NCBI GenBank assembly: GCA_963744145.1
Contig: CAVUSO010000001.1
Location: forward strand, 4,736,001 to 4,800,000
From: an uncultured cyanobacterium
GTDB taxonomy: Bacteria > Cyanobacteriota > Cyanobacteriia > Cyanobacteriales > CAWUOF01
Direction: 5' to 3'
DNA: 64,000 bases
Part shown: positions 1-10,602 of the stretch, piece by piece
How the letters are laid out: every line of letters starts with the position of its first letter
Numbering within the stretch: the stretch's first letter is position 1
The notes under the pieces: generated by a model
Seen by the model: the letters and a program-made list of their open reading frames with translations, nothing else
Told to the model about the DNA's origin: nothing
Databases searched by the model: none
Made by a program: the position numbers and the translations under genes

Positions 1-105
1 AGCATTCGGGCGAAAATTTATCACTTAAATCCGTTAATTTTATATCCGAATGCTTCGCCCTTCTTCGCCGAGATCCCCAAAAATATTCTTAACTGAACCG
101 TATTG
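1..105. repeat. Cyanobacterial REP-like palindromic dispersed repeat (AGCATTCGG...CCGAATGCT), truncated at window start
   Basis: Inverted arms AGCATTCGG/CCGAATGCT. Related copies at about 21014-21117 and 63950-64000; the tail AATATTCTTAAC.GAACCGTATTG recurs at about 54192-54215. Confidence 0.75.
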
Positions 106-137
106 ATATTTAACACCCTTTGCAATAAAAGACAATT

Positions 138-3100
138 ATGAATTCACAACGACGCGAAGATTATTACAGATTGATCTACCAATTATTAACCTGTCGGAAT
201 GGAGAACAGCCAGAAATTATGATGGCTCACCCAGATTTAATCGATGATGGGTTAGTGGAAGCTCTAAAAGAAATAGCCACCCTGATGATGCAGCAAGGCA
301 ATCAACAATATGCGAATTATTTAAACTATGTTGCCGAGCATCTGCATTTAGAACCATTTTTTAAAAGTAGTGTTACTAACCCAAAAAATTCTATTCAGGA
401 ACCATCCCTAAACCCAAACCTCTTAAAAATGCCGATTAATTTACAGGAAATGCTGCAAATTTTCGGGGAAAATTGGGGTGATACGCAAAGACTTTACCAA
501 CTACTATCTCCCTATTTAGATAAACTGGATGACAATTTTGTTGAGCAGTTTCGTAACTGGATATTTTCTATAAAAAATTCCCAATTCTCAGAAGTTTTAC
601 ATAACTTAGCAAAAGTAATAAGCAACTTTAGCAGTCTCCTTTGGCATTGTCCTTTGGGGAATAGAGCGATCAACTTAGAAATTGCTCTGATCGGGCGTGA
701 GTTTTTTGAATTGGTTGTTAGGCGCGATGAATTTCCCGAAGAATGGGCAAATAACCAATTCGATCAAGCCCCTATTTACCGCCATCGGATTCGAGGAAAT
801 CGTGCTGATAATTTGGAAAAAGCAAGATCGGCTTGTGAGCAAGCTTTGCAAGTATATACTCGAGATCGTTTCCCAGAAAAATGGGCGAGCATACAAAGTA
901 ATTTAGGTCTAGTTTATAATAACAGAATTGTTGGGGAAAAAGCGGCTAATCTAGAAAAAGCGATCGCTTGCTATGAAACAGGATTACAAGTTGTTAACCG
1001 CACTCAACTTCCTGAAATTTGGGGTATACTTCAAAATAATCTGGGTGATGCCTATTTGAACAGAATTCAGGGTAATAAAACAGAGAATATAGAGAAGGGG
1101 ATCGCTTGCTATCAAGTTGCACTACAGGTGCGTACTCGATCTGCATCTCCCTATTATTGGGCTAGTAGCCAATTTAGCCTTGGTAATGCCTATAATAAAA
1201 GGATTTTAGGTGACAAAAAACAGAATCTAGAAAAGGCAATTTCAGCATATATTAACGCTTTAGAAGTTTATACAATTTCTGATTATCCTGAGCGATGGGC
1301 AGGAGCAAAAAGCCAGCTGGGAAATGTCTACGGCGAAACAGGTCAAATCACTGAAGCACTTGACTGTTTCCGTGCTGCGTTACAAGTCTTTACTCCCAGT
1401 GCTTTTCCCAGAGATTGCATACTAACTGGATCGAATTTAGGCAAAATAGCCTTAGCTGCTGGTATGAAAGCAGAAGCTTTTGAAGGTTTTGCAATTGCAA
1501 TTGAAGCTGTTGAACAAAGCCGCCGTTGGGCTGGTACTGCTGTCCACCAGCAAGAAATTACCGAAGAGGTGTTTGCCTACGCAAACATGGTAGTTTTTTG
1601 TATCATCAATGGAGAGAAAGATAAAGCCAGAGAATATGCCAAGCGTTCTGCTTCTCAAGAAATTTTAAAACTTTTAGATACTGATGAAATTCAACAGATT
1701 TACTCAAAGTCAGAATTTATCGGACGGATATTGCAAGCAACTGCTGAAAATGGCTCAAAACCGGAATTAGTCTATCAAATTTTAGAAAGTAATATCAATA
1801 AATTAGACGATTCTTTTGTTCAGAGCTTGCAAGATATTGGAAATACTTTGGGTATGATGCCATCATTCCAAGCTATTAACGGTGCTGCAACTATTTTAAG
1901 TTTTAGCCATCTGGTTCAGCAATTTGCACAAGGCGATCGCGTAATTAATTTTAAAATTGCTTCTACAGGTTATGAGGTAGCTGCCACTGTTTTTACTAAA
2001 GAAGCTTTTCCCGAACATTGGGAAAATATTCAAAATGCGGTACGAGAACTATTTCATCTTCAACTATTTGAAGCAGTATTAGAAAATAAAAATCCTAAAG
2101 ATTTAGACTCTTTACTAGAAGAAAACAAGCACAAACTTGATGAGCGATTTGCTACTGTATTGCGATTGAAAACAACAGCTAGGCTATCTGAAATGCCGCC
2201 AGAGAATGCAAAGTATATTGCTGAAATTCTTATACATTTGAGTGCTATTATCCAAAATTTTCCCCAAGGTAAAGTGGCAAATAATTTAGAAATTGCCATT
2301 ACAGGGTATGAGGTAGCCTCTACTGTCTTAACTCGCGAAGCATTTCCAGAACAATGGGCTTTATGGCAAACTTTTCTGGGTAATGCTTATCACCGTCGAG
2401 TTAAGGGTGATGCGGCAGAAAACTTAGAAAAAGCGATCGCTCATTTGCAGAATGCCTTACAAATTAATCCCCGCGAAGCATTCCCAAAACGTTGGGCAGA
2501 GATTCAAAATAATTTGGTCATTGCTTACTGCTATCGGATTCGTGGCGATCAATTAGAAAATGCAGAATTGGCAATTGCCGCAGGTATGGCTGCAATGGAA
2601 GTGTACACCCGTGAAGCATTCCCGGAAGGATGGGGAAAAATTCAAAACAATTTGGGTATTGTGTATCGCGATCGCGTTGGTGGTGACAAGGCGGAAAACT
2701 TGGAACTAGCGATCGCTTGTTATCAAAATGCTTTGTTAATCCGTACCCGTGAGGATTTTCCAAAACTGTGGGCGGAAACTCAAATGAATTTGGGATCTGC
2801 CTATCGACATCGGCGCAAAGGTCACAAGGCAGAAAATTTGGAACTAGCGATCGCTGCCAACTTTGCCGCCTTACAAGTTTACACCAAAGAAACTTTTCCT
2901 AGAGATTGGGCTGGCGTTCAAATGAATTTGGGCAATGCTTATCTTGATCGGCAGAAAGGAAATTCCTTTGAGAACCTAAAAAACGCTGCACTTGCCCACC
3001 AAGCTGCCTTAGAAATCTTTACCTTAGATGAATTTCCCCAAAATTGGGCAATGACCCAAATGAACTTAGGAAATACCTATGAATTACAATGGCACGAGGA

Positions 3101-4952
3101 AAAGGCGATCACTTGTTATCAGTCAGCTTTAAAAGTTTTTACACCTACTGCTTTTCCTCTCCTATGTCTCAATACGGGACGAAGGCTGGGCGATGTGGCA
3201 TTTTCATTGAGGAAATGGACGGAAGCAATCAAAGGATATGGTATCGCGATCGAAGCTGTAGAAACCAGTCGCACTTGGGCAACTTCCGAATTTCGCCGTC
3301 AAAAGATTTTGGCAGATGCGATCGACATTTACCAAAACATAGTGCAAGCCTGTATTAATAATCATCAACTGGATAAAGCTATTGAGTATGTAGAACGTTC
3401 TCGGTCTAAACGACTTGTTGATTTAATAGCTAGTAATGACCTTTACTCATCTGGAGAAATTCCTGTTGAAATCCAACCGTATTTGCAAGAGTTTGAATCA
3501 CTACAACAGCGGATTGACAACCACCGAGAGTATTATATTAGCAGCAATTTGGAGGGAAACCAAATCGGCCAAAAGCAACAAAAACGTGCTGCTATACAGG
3601 CTTATAACGAAACAATAGCTTCTCTAGAAGCTGAAAAACAGTTAGTATGGGAACAGATTCGCCGTCTCGATCCGGTACTGGCTGGTCAAATCCAAGTTAA
3701 GTCCCTGGAATTATCATCTATACAGCAACTCATTGACCAGCCCACTACCGCTATTCTTAGCTTTTATACTACTGTCAATGCTACTCATATTTTTGTGATC
3801 AAACAAAACCAGATTACTTTACATAGTTGCGCTAAGATAAGAAAAGTTTTAGCTGACTGGTTAAACTTATATATTGAAAATACAGAACTTTGGAAAGAAC
3901 AGTTGAGTTCGATGCTGGCTGAATTAGCTAAATCTCTGCAATTGCAGAACTTAATAGCACAGCATTTAGAGGAAATTTCCTCACTCATTATTGTTCCACA
4001 TTGGGAGCTTCATCAGATTCCTTTCGCTGCTTTACCCATTGCAGAGGAAGAATATTTAGGAGATAAATTTCTCATTCACTATACCCCTAGCTGCCAAATC
4101 TTGGAATTTTGTCAGCAACGTCCTTCTTTATTAGGAAATAACGGAAAATATGGACTTGTAGAAGATGCTACAGAAGATTTACCTTATGCTAGTTTTGAAG
4201 GTGAACAACTAGCAAATTTGTACAATATTCCAGATAATCTACGCTTAAAAGGTCGTCAAGAAGCTACGGTGAGCAAGTATCAAAAACTGATCCAAAGTGT
4301 TGAGGTTATTCACTCTAGTCATCATGCTCGTTCACGTCTTGATAATCCTTTAGAATCTACCTTGATTTTAGGAGATGGTTGTATTACCCTGGGTCAGTTA
4401 ATGACTCCAGGATGGCGTTTACCTCAGTTATCAGATGTATTCTTATCTTGTTGTGAAACGGGTTTAGGTATAGCTGAAATAACTGATGATATCCTAACTT
4501 TTTCAACCGGATTTTTGTCTGCTGGCGCTAGAAGCGTTATTAGCACTCTTTGGGCAGTTGATGATTTAGCAACGGCGCTGTTTTCGATATTTTACTATCA
4601 GAATCGACAACAAGGTTTAAATCGAATTGAGGCTCTCAGAAAGGCTCAAGTTAGTCTGCGTAATCTTACGGACGAACAGCTGAATAATGTTTACAAACCT
4701 CAGCTAAAACCACTTTTAGCCCAAAAATTAAAGGCATTTCAAACAAGGCGTAAACAGGTTAAACAACAACAAAATGACTATTTACCGGAATCTGAATTCT
4801 ATCAGCAATTAGATCAAGAGTATAAGGAATGCGATCGCATTGGCAAATTAATCTATCAATCCCAAAAAAACTTGGAGTCTTTTTGTCAGGAATTAAAACC
4901 TTTTTCAAATCCTTTTTACTGGGCAGCTTTTATCTGTACAGGTTTGCGATAG
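138..4952 (+). CDS. TPR-repeat + CHAT (caspase/HetF-like) protease
   Basis: Many 40-aa TPR-like units (WA.xQxNLGxAY..RI.G..A.N.E.AI). C-terminal CHAT motifs IIVPHWELHQIPFAAL, HSSHHA, FLSCCETG, GARSVISTLWAVDD and PFYWAAF. Confidence 0.93.
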   Translation: MNSQRREDYYRLIYQLLTCRNGEQPEIMMAHPDLIDDGLVEALKEIATLMMQQGNQQYANYLNYVAEHLHLEPFFKSSVTNPKNSIQEPSLNPNLLKMPINLQEMLQIFGENWGDTQRLYQLLSPYLDKLDDNFVEQFRNWIFSIKNSQFSEVLHNLAKVISNFSSLLWHCPLGNRAINLEIALIGREFFELVVRRDEFPEEWANNQFDQAPIYRHRIRGNRADNLEKARSACEQALQVYTRDRFPEKWASIQSNLGLVYNNRIVGEKAANLEKAIACYETGLQVVNRTQLPEIWGILQNNLGDAYLNRIQGNKTENIEKGIACYQVALQVRTRSASPYYWASSQFSLGNAYNKRILGDKKQNLEKAISAYINALEVYTISDYPERWAGAKSQLGNVYGETGQITEALDCFRAALQVFTPSAFPRDCILTGSNLGKIALAAGMKAEAFEGFAIAIEAVEQSRRWAGTAVHQQEITEEVFAYANMVVFCIINGEKDKAREYAKRSASQEILKLLDTDEIQQIYSKSEFIGRILQATAENGSKPELVYQILESNINKLDDSFVQSLQDIGNTLGMMPSFQAINGAATILSFSHLVQQFAQGDRVINFKIASTGYEVAATVFTKEAFPEHWENIQNAVRELFHLQLFEAVLENKNPKDLDSLLEENKHKLDERFATVLRLKTTARLSEMPPENAKYIAEILIHLSAIIQNFPQGKVANNLEIAITGYEVASTVLTREAFPEQWALWQTFLGNAYHRRVKGDAAENLEKAIAHLQNALQINPREAFPKRWAEIQNNLVIAYCYRIRGDQLENAELAIAAGMAAMEVYTREAFPEGWGKIQNNLGIVYRDRVGGDKAENLELAIACYQNALLIRTREDFPKLWAETQMNLGSAYRHRRKGHKAENLELAIAANFAALQVYTKETFPRDWAGVQMNLGNAYLDRQKGNSFENLKNAALAHQAALEIFTLDEFPQNWAMTQMNLGNTYELQWHEEKAITCYQSALKVFTPTAFPLLCLNTGRRLGDVAFSLRKWTEAIKGYGIAIEAVETSRTWATSEFRRQKILADAIDIYQNIVQACINNHQLDKAIEYVERSRSKRLVDLIASNDLYSSGEIPVEIQPYLQEFESLQQRIDNHREYYISSNLEGNQIGQKQQKRAAIQAYNETIASLEAEKQLVWEQIRRLDPVLAGQIQVKSLELSSIQQLIDQPTTAILSFYTTVNATHIFVIKQNQITLHSCAKIRKVLADWLNLYIENTELWKEQLSSMLAELAKSLQLQNLIAQHLEEISSLIIVPHWELHQIPFAALPIAEEEYLGDKFLIHYTPSCQILEFCQQRPSLLGNNGKYGLVEDATEDLPYASFEGEQLANLYNIPDNLRLKGRQEATVSKYQKLIQSVEVIHSSHHARSRLDNPLESTLILGDGCITLGQLMTPGWRLPQLSDVFLSCCETGLGIAEITDDILTFSTGFLSAGARSVISTLWAVDDLATALFSIFYYQNRQQGLNRIEALRKAQVSLRNLTDEQLNNVYKPQLKPLLAQKLKAFQTRRKQVKQQQNDYLPESEFYQQLDQEYKECDRIGKLIYQSQKNLESFCQELKPFSNPFYWAAFICTGLR

Positions 4953-4960
4953 CTGATAGC

Positions 4961-5040
4961 TCCCAACCCTTAAGAGGGAAGGGGGAGAAAGATAATTCTT
5001 GCTCCCCTTTCCTCCTAGGAGAGGGGTTGGGGGAGAGGTC
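4961..5040. repeat. Cyanobacterial C/G-tract palindromic repeat (CTCCCC..CCT..AGGAGAGGGG.TGGGGGAGAGGTC)
   Basis: A similar copy lies at 26039-26141. Both sit between convergent gene ends and could act as terminators. Confidence 0.7.
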
Positions 5041-5129
5041 TCTTCAGCGCGATCGCATTTACTGACTTCATGCGATCGGATTCGCAACTATGTTGAAAAA
5101 TTCAGATGATCAATATTCTTCCTAGAAAA

Positions 5130-5345
5130 TTATACTCCTAGCTTCAAAATATTGCGACGGATAGCATATAACAATCGATTAGCGATCAGTAAATCATCTT
5201 GGCGCAGTGAGTCTGTTAATAAAGTCTCTTTTAATTGCTGCCGCTCTTGATTAGTAATGTATCCGGACAGAATAGCTTTACTAAATATTTCAGCTAGGAC
5301 ATTGTAGGTAGGACGCTCATAGTTAGAAATTGTACAGGTATTCAT
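5130..5345 (-). CDS. Small cyanobacterial hypothetical protein (71 aa)
   Basis: AAGGA-like RBS upstream. The pattern G.IT..ER..L...LL...L...D....RLLYA.RR resembles a common cyanobacterial small-protein family. Confidence 0.7.
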   Translation of the reverse strand: MNTCTISNYERPTYNVLAEIFSKAILSGYITNQERQQLKETLLTDSLRQDDLLIANRLLYAIRRNILKLGV

Positions 5346-5498
5346 TTGATTTTCCTTGGTTTTATAAGTTGATTAATCTGCGAGTTGCTGAATTTTATAT
5401 TTTTATTATCCCTTGACTCCCTTTCCTAGTAAGTGATATAGAGTTTAACAGAATGGTGATTGTTTTACCTGTACCAAGTGAGTGATTTTCGGTTTCCA

Positions 5499-5514
5499 AG
5501 TGAGCCATATCACT
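5499..5514. promoter_or_regulatory. CRP-like palindromic operator AGTGA-N6-TCACT
   Basis: Perfect 5-bp arms with a 6-nt spacer, upstream of the 5345 start; several GTGAT half-sites nearby. Confidence 0.4.
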
Positions 5515-5539
5515 AAACTAGCCCAAATGGGTGATACCA

Positions 5540-5567
5540 GAGGGTTTGGTTGATCGCTCAAACCCTC
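5540..5567 (-). terminator. Hairpin downstream of the GH10-like gene
   Basis: GAGGGTTTG...CAAACCCTC stem 30 nt after the stop at 5598. Confidence 0.45.
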
Positions 5568-5597
5568 GCACCACCTAGATCAACCAGAGAATTTCAG

Positions 5598-7430
5598 TTA
5601 GGGTTTCCAACCATTAAAAATATTTGGTCTGATGACAGGAGTAGAAAACATTGCTTGAAAAGCTTGATCGCGCTGGGTCGGAGTTTCTGTGCCCCATTTT
5701 GATAAGCTTTCATAAAAAAAGAAAGATACACCAGAAAAACCTCGATCGCGTACAACTTGGATTTGATTTTGAATGTGGGTAACGGGAATGGAGCGTCCTT
5801 TTAAACCAGTAAAAATGCCGATCGCTACAGGGATATGACTTTTTGCTAGTTTTACTTCTTCCCGCTCTAACTCCGTGATAAATCTCTTCATGTCATCTCG
5901 ATATACTTGGAGGACTAATTCTTCAATCCATCCCCGTCGTTCCCAGGTAAACCAATCCTGTAAAGAAACTGGTAGGGAAAAATGCAAAGGATTAGGAGCT
6001 AGGGAAATAATGCAGTTATTTTTATGAGCTTTGATGGTTTGAAAAACTCGTTCCATGAACGCATTCATTTGATCCGATCGCCATCTTACCCAAAAACTAT
6101 CTTGATAATTATCAGGAGGAAGTTGTTTAGTTTCTTGCTGGTACATGGCTATGGTCGCAGGATCATAACCAAATTCAACTGGTAAGGCAAAATGGTCATC
6201 AAATTGAATGCCATCAACATCATAGTTACTGACAATTTCTGCGATCAAATCAAGCATAAATTGTTGCACTTCTGGATGAAGAGGATTTAACCAAACTCGA
6301 TCATATATACCTTCTTTTTCAATTAAAGAACCGTTGCGACGATGGGTGAGCCAATCGGGGTGACGCTGAACTAATTCAGAATCAGCAGGAGCCATAAATC
6401 CAAATTCAAACCAAGGAATCACACTCATTCCTTTTTGATGTCCTTGCCGAATTATTTCTTTCAGCATATCTCGTCCTTTCGTTCCTAAATCGGGATCGAG
6501 GGATGAATCTAAAGGTGTAACGAGACGTACTGAACGCCCAATCACTCGTTGGGCAACTTGACTGGGATAAAGAGTATAACCCCAATTCCATACAGTAGGA
6601 TAGATGGTATTAAAGTTTAATTGGGCTAGATGTTTAACTGCTTTGGTAATACCCTGTGGAGAAAATAAAACATCACTATCAATATTAGTAATCCAAGTTC
6701 CTCTAATTTCTTGAGATTGAACTTTGGGGGGATTGCTGGTCGGATTAGAGTTAACAATATATTGATTAGGAATTAGCCCGGAAAGCCCTAATGCTTGACA
6801 AAAGAAACTTGCTACTTCAGCACGACTAGCGGGTTGGGTGGGCTGCAAAGTTCTGAGATCAGGATAATTAACCACTAACTGTTTTTCTGTAGCCGCAGCG
6901 ATCGCATTACGGAAAGAATTAGGAATTGCTGCCACATCATCAAAAGCTGCATTTAATATTTGATCACTAGCTTGACTTGGACTATATTTTAATCCGGTCA
7001 CTAAAGCAACCAAAGCTTCACCGCGCTGGATTTTTTGATTGGGATTAAAAACTCTTTCTAAATAACCACTGAGAAATCCGGTCGTATAAGCATATTCAAT
7101 TGCATCCCCAGCCCAATAATTTGAGGGAATATCCACAAATTTAATTGGTTCACGCACCGCCGGGAGGGCTGGAAATGCTCCATTAATCATCACGGCAAAT
7201 TCAGTTCGGGTTAATGGTGCTTCTGGATGAAAAGACCCATCCTGATAGCCATTAATAATATGTCTTTTGGCTAGTTCTTCTATACAAGGTTGTGCCCAAT
7301 GATCTTGGACATCTGGAAATTTTGATTGAGCGGATACGGGAGAGAGAAACAGCGCGATCGCACTCATTAATCCAGCGAAGAGAGCAAATTTAGACCACCA
7401 TTTAGGGAATTTCAGCATATTGAGCCACAA
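5598..7430 (-). CDS. Secreted SLH-domain glycoside hydrolase (GHL10/DUF187, YddW-like)
   Basis: Signal peptide, SLH repeats (FPDVQDHWA...GYQDGSFHPEAPLTRTEF), then EIRGTWI, WFEFG, WLNPLHPEVQ and YDVDGIQFDD. Confidence 0.9.
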   Translation of the reverse strand: MWLNMLKFPKWWSKFALFAGLMSAIALFLSPVSAQSKFPDVQDHWAQPCIEELAKRHIINGYQDGSFHPEAPLTRTEFAVMINGAFPALPAVREPIKFVDIPSNYWAGDAIEYAYTTGFLSGYLERVFNPNQKIQRGEALVALVTGLKYSPSQASDQILNAAFDDVAAIPNSFRNAIAAATEKQLVVNYPDLRTLQPTQPASRAEVASFFCQALGLSGLIPNQYIVNSNPTSNPPKVQSQEIRGTWITNIDSDVLFSPQGITKAVKHLAQLNFNTIYPTVWNWGYTLYPSQVAQRVIGRSVRLVTPLDSSLDPDLGTKGRDMLKEIIRQGHQKGMSVIPWFEFGFMAPADSELVQRHPDWLTHRRNGSLIEKEGIYDRVWLNPLHPEVQQFMLDLIAEIVSNYDVDGIQFDDHFALPVEFGYDPATIAMYQQETKQLPPDNYQDSFWVRWRSDQMNAFMERVFQTIKAHKNNCIISLAPNPLHFSLPVSLQDWFTWERRGWIEELVLQVYRDDMKRFITELEREEVKLAKSHIPVAIGIFTGLKGRSIPVTHIQNQIQVVRDRGFSGVSFFFYESLSKWGTETPTQRDQAFQAMFSTPVIRPNIFNGWKP

Positions 7431-7864
7431 AAACCTGATCCTACAGTAGCATTAGTAAAAATTTTACTATAATGGCACTATTAATAATATTGGCCAACCG
7501 CCCAGAATCAGAAATTATCGATTCACAACGGGTCAAAGATCAAATCAGAAAATCTGGTTCAAGCTATCCGAAATCACCCATCTAGGTGATGTAATTAAAT
7601 GAATAGGAATATATCTTCTTAATGTTTAATTTGGCAATATTTAAGAAATTCATAAATTATTACTTCAGCCAAGGAACTAAGTGTCATACTACAACCGTCT
7701 AGCTTCAAGTAGCTTGATTTAAAATATTGCTGGTGCGTTACTTGTATAAGCTAGTCACCTAATCTTGAATCCAATTGCGAGAATCTGCTTGTACATACCC
7801 CAACGAGTCGCGTGCCCACAATTTTTCCACTTGTTTCTTACAGCACCAATTCGTGAGGAGTCTT

Positions 7865-8338
7865 ATGAACGATAATACCCAAAACCACTCTCCTACGCAA
7901 CCACGTCCTCTGGTTCTAGCTTTAATGCTCACTAGTATTCTGGCTTTCCAGGTATATCCGACGCTAACTAACAAAGCAGGTGCTGTTTCTAGTCCTCTCG
8001 AACTCAAACACCAAATCGGCTTGATTAAAAGAGAATTAATTGACCAAAATCTGGCAACCGATTTATCTAATGAGTTACCCCAACAAGTAGCTAATGCTGT
8101 TTTTCAAGATATTTTTCAAAAACAGGGAATTTCTCCACAAGCTCTCCGGATTGTAGCAGCTCAACAAAAAGAATGGCCAAATGGTTGTTTGGGTTTAGCT
8201 GAAAAAGATGTTTTTTGTACTGAAGCCATAGTTCGTGGATGGAAAGTAGTTGTCACTACAGCACAACAGTCTCAATTAGCTTGGACTTATCGCACTAATG
8301 GGTCTGGAACTAGCGTGAAGTTAGAACAGTCTAAATGA
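7865..8338 (+). CDS. Exported hypothetical protein with WPxGCLG...CTxAxVxGW motif
   Basis: GAGGAG RBS before ATG 7865 (ORF track starts at 7775), hydrophobic N-terminal segment and a Cys-pair motif. Confidence 0.7.
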   Translation: MNDNTQNHSPTQPRPLVLALMLTSILAFQVYPTLTNKAGAVSSPLELKHQIGLIKRELIDQNLATDLSNELPQQVANAVFQDIFQKQGISPQALRIVAAQQKEWPNGCLGLAEKDVFCTEAIVRGWKVVVTTAQQSQLAWTYRTNGSGTSVKLEQSK

Positions 8339-8368
8339 GATTAAGGATTTGTAATTAATCTTGCTGAT

Positions 8369-8403
8369 CAAGATAATCCGTCTAAGCGGGTTATCTTGTT
8401 TTT
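8369..8403 (+). terminator. Rho-independent terminator
   Basis: CAAGATAATCCG-loop-CGGGTTATCTTG followed by a T tract. Confidence 0.65.
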
Positions 8404-8707
8404 ATAAGTATGAGTACATCAGTCTGACATTTTTAACTATTTTTAATAGTAAAAATTGCAGCGGATAATTAAAGATTTAGTAAATTATCCAGCTTCTACA
8501 TATATTTACGGTATTAATATTTATACCTATTCTGTTAAAATTCTAAATAAGATCAGGCTGATTGCTATTTTCTAGCGACTGGTCAGATTTTAACTAATTA
8601 GGTGTTTGCTCAAGCCCAATTTAATCAAGGGTGCAAGGGGCTTATGATTTTGAGGATGTCACATCCAATCCCTATTCCCACTTACAGGATCTCATCTGTG
8701 AGGATTT

Positions 8708-8893
8708 ATGCAAAATACTTCCAATACCCCCCTTGAATCTGAGAAAAAAAGTTCTATTATTCTACATAGAATGTTTTTGGCATTAATTTTTACAGGAATA
8801 TTATATATAACTGTTATGCCAAGTATACCCCTATCTTCATCCGCTATCCCTAGGGCTACTAAAGATGAGCTGAAGTTTTCCCTGTCTTTCTAG
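8708..8893 (+). CDS. Small single-TM hypothetical protein
   Basis: GAGG RBS and a hydrophobic stretch MFLALIFTGILYITVM. Confidence 0.4.
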   Translation: MQNTSNTPLESEKKSSIILHRMFLALIFTGILYITVMPSIPLSSSAIPRATKDELKFSLSF

Positions 8894-9050
8894 GATCTGA
8901 AAGAGTTGGATCATCGTGGATGGGTCATGGTGGTAACTAGTAGGGCCGATCTGTGAAAATATAAACTCCGGTTTTTTGATCGGGATAGTGTTGTATTTTG
9001 ATCGGAGTTACTTTAAAATTCTGTTCATTAAGAATTTATTGATCAAGTTT

Positions 9051-9653
9051 ATGAATGATCAAATCTTACATCGTGAGTATCTAAAGGCACAATTTCCCCA
9101 ACACCAAAAGCCAAATCGGAGTGTGCAAAGTCAGTTTGCCCAAGAACAAAGTTTTTACTATTTTGCTTATGGTTCTTGTATGTGTCCTGTGGATTTAAAG
9201 CGATCGCTAGGAGAGAATACCTATAATTATGTGATTGGTCCAGCAATTTTAACTGGATATCGGTTAGGTTTTTATTGTCATTATCGTCGTCGTAACTGTG
9301 GTGTTCTTGATATCGTCAAAGATCCCCATGCTTGTGTCCAGGGTGTGTTGTATCGTTTACCTTGGCGACTGAGCGATCGTCTTGATGAGCGAGAGGATGT
9401 TCCTGGTGGTTTATATCAACGGGAAATTATCTCAGTCTATACCCAAAATCAGCTCTATGAAAAAGTTAGAACCTATACAGTAATTAATAAATTGTCAGAA
9501 GAACAAGCTCCAAATGACTGGTATTCCAATATAGTTTTGCGTGGAGCTTCTACCTGTGGACTACCAGAACCCTATTACTGGCAATTATTTAACCATATAC
9601 ACCAATTACAACAGCGTCACTATCAAACTCAACTACATCGTAGCTGCACTTAG
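9051..9653 (+). CDS. Gamma-glutamylcyclotransferase family protein
   Basis: YFAYGSCM, VQGVLY and LDERE motifs; ATG 9051 preferred over TTG 8976. Confidence 0.85.
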   Translation: MNDQILHREYLKAQFPQHQKPNRSVQSQFAQEQSFYYFAYGSCMCPVDLKRSLGENTYNYVIGPAILTGYRLGFYCHYRRRNCGVLDIVKDPHACVQGVLYRLPWRLSDRLDEREDVPGGLYQREIISVYTQNQLYEKVRTYTVINKLSEEQAPNDWYSNIVLRGASTCGLPEPYYWQLFNHIHQLQQRHYQTQLHRSCT

Positions 9654-9784
9654 GCTCAAATAGGATGTACCTGGACTGATGGTAGGGCGATCGAGAACCT
9701 GACTTTTCCCGTTATTTTTTTTGGCTAGTAATGTTTACAGCCATCACAGAGCTTAAAGTTGTATTGTGCAAGTTAGATATTTAT

Positions 9785-10354
9785 CTACAAAATCTCATCA
9801 ACCCTAATTACTAAATCTGGAAAGGCAAGAGGTGAGATTGAGTTACCGCGTCTGAATTGTTGGATACTTTCATAACCATTAGAACCAGGGTTGCGATAAA
9901 CCTCGACCAATTCGGCCCTGATATCTACGATCCAAAGTTCAATAATTCCTGCTTGACTGTAGAGGACTGATTTCACATTACGATCGTTGTTAATGGTAGT
10001 ATCCGCTACTTCAATTAATAGATATACATCTTGAGGTTGTGGGAGCTGATCCCTGTAACAATCTTCACGCAATTTCAAAATTGATAGATCGGGCTCTGGT
10101 TCTAATCCTCCATTTAGCCTGACCGGGCTTTGCATTACGACAAAAGCACAATTATTTAAAAGGCTGGGGAAAATTCTATTCAATCGAATCAAACAGCTTA
10201 AATGACGAGTACCCATTGGTGCCATAAGAATAATATCCCCATCAATTAGTTCTGTCCGTTCATCTGGTCCAATTATCCCAACCTCACCTAGTTTGTGATA
10301 TTCCTCTACAGTGAATTTTTTTCTTGTTGCAACTATGGTCATAATTCTCACCAT
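9785..10354 (-). CDS. Uma2 family endonuclease
   Basis: FTVEEYH, ELIDGDI, EPEPDL, LLIEVADT and Y..AGI.ELWIVD motifs. Confidence 0.92.
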   Translation of the reverse strand: MVRIMTIVATRKKFTVEEYHKLGEVGIIGPDERTELIDGDIILMAPMGTRHLSCLIRLNRIFPSLLNNCAFVVMQSPVRLNGGLEPEPDLSILKLREDCYRDQLPQPQDVYLLIEVADTTINNDRNVKSVLYSQAGIIELWIVDIRAELVEVYRNPGSNGYESIQQFRRGNSISPLAFPDLVIRVDEIL

Positions 10355-10602
10355 CCTATACTTGCGATCAGCTCGTGATACTTGTTCCAGATTTTGTCTA
10401 TCATACCATTTAAACGACGCAAATACGTTAAATTTTCCGGCTATTCGATCGCTAGATCGTCGTATGTTGTGCCAGGTTTACCCTATTAACTAAATTTTGA
10501 TGGGGATAATATCAAGATTTGTTAACTTATCGCCAAAATTGAGGAATATTTATAAGATTTTGTAAAAATGAATACAGAAAATCTTAGATTTATATTTTCC
10601 CA

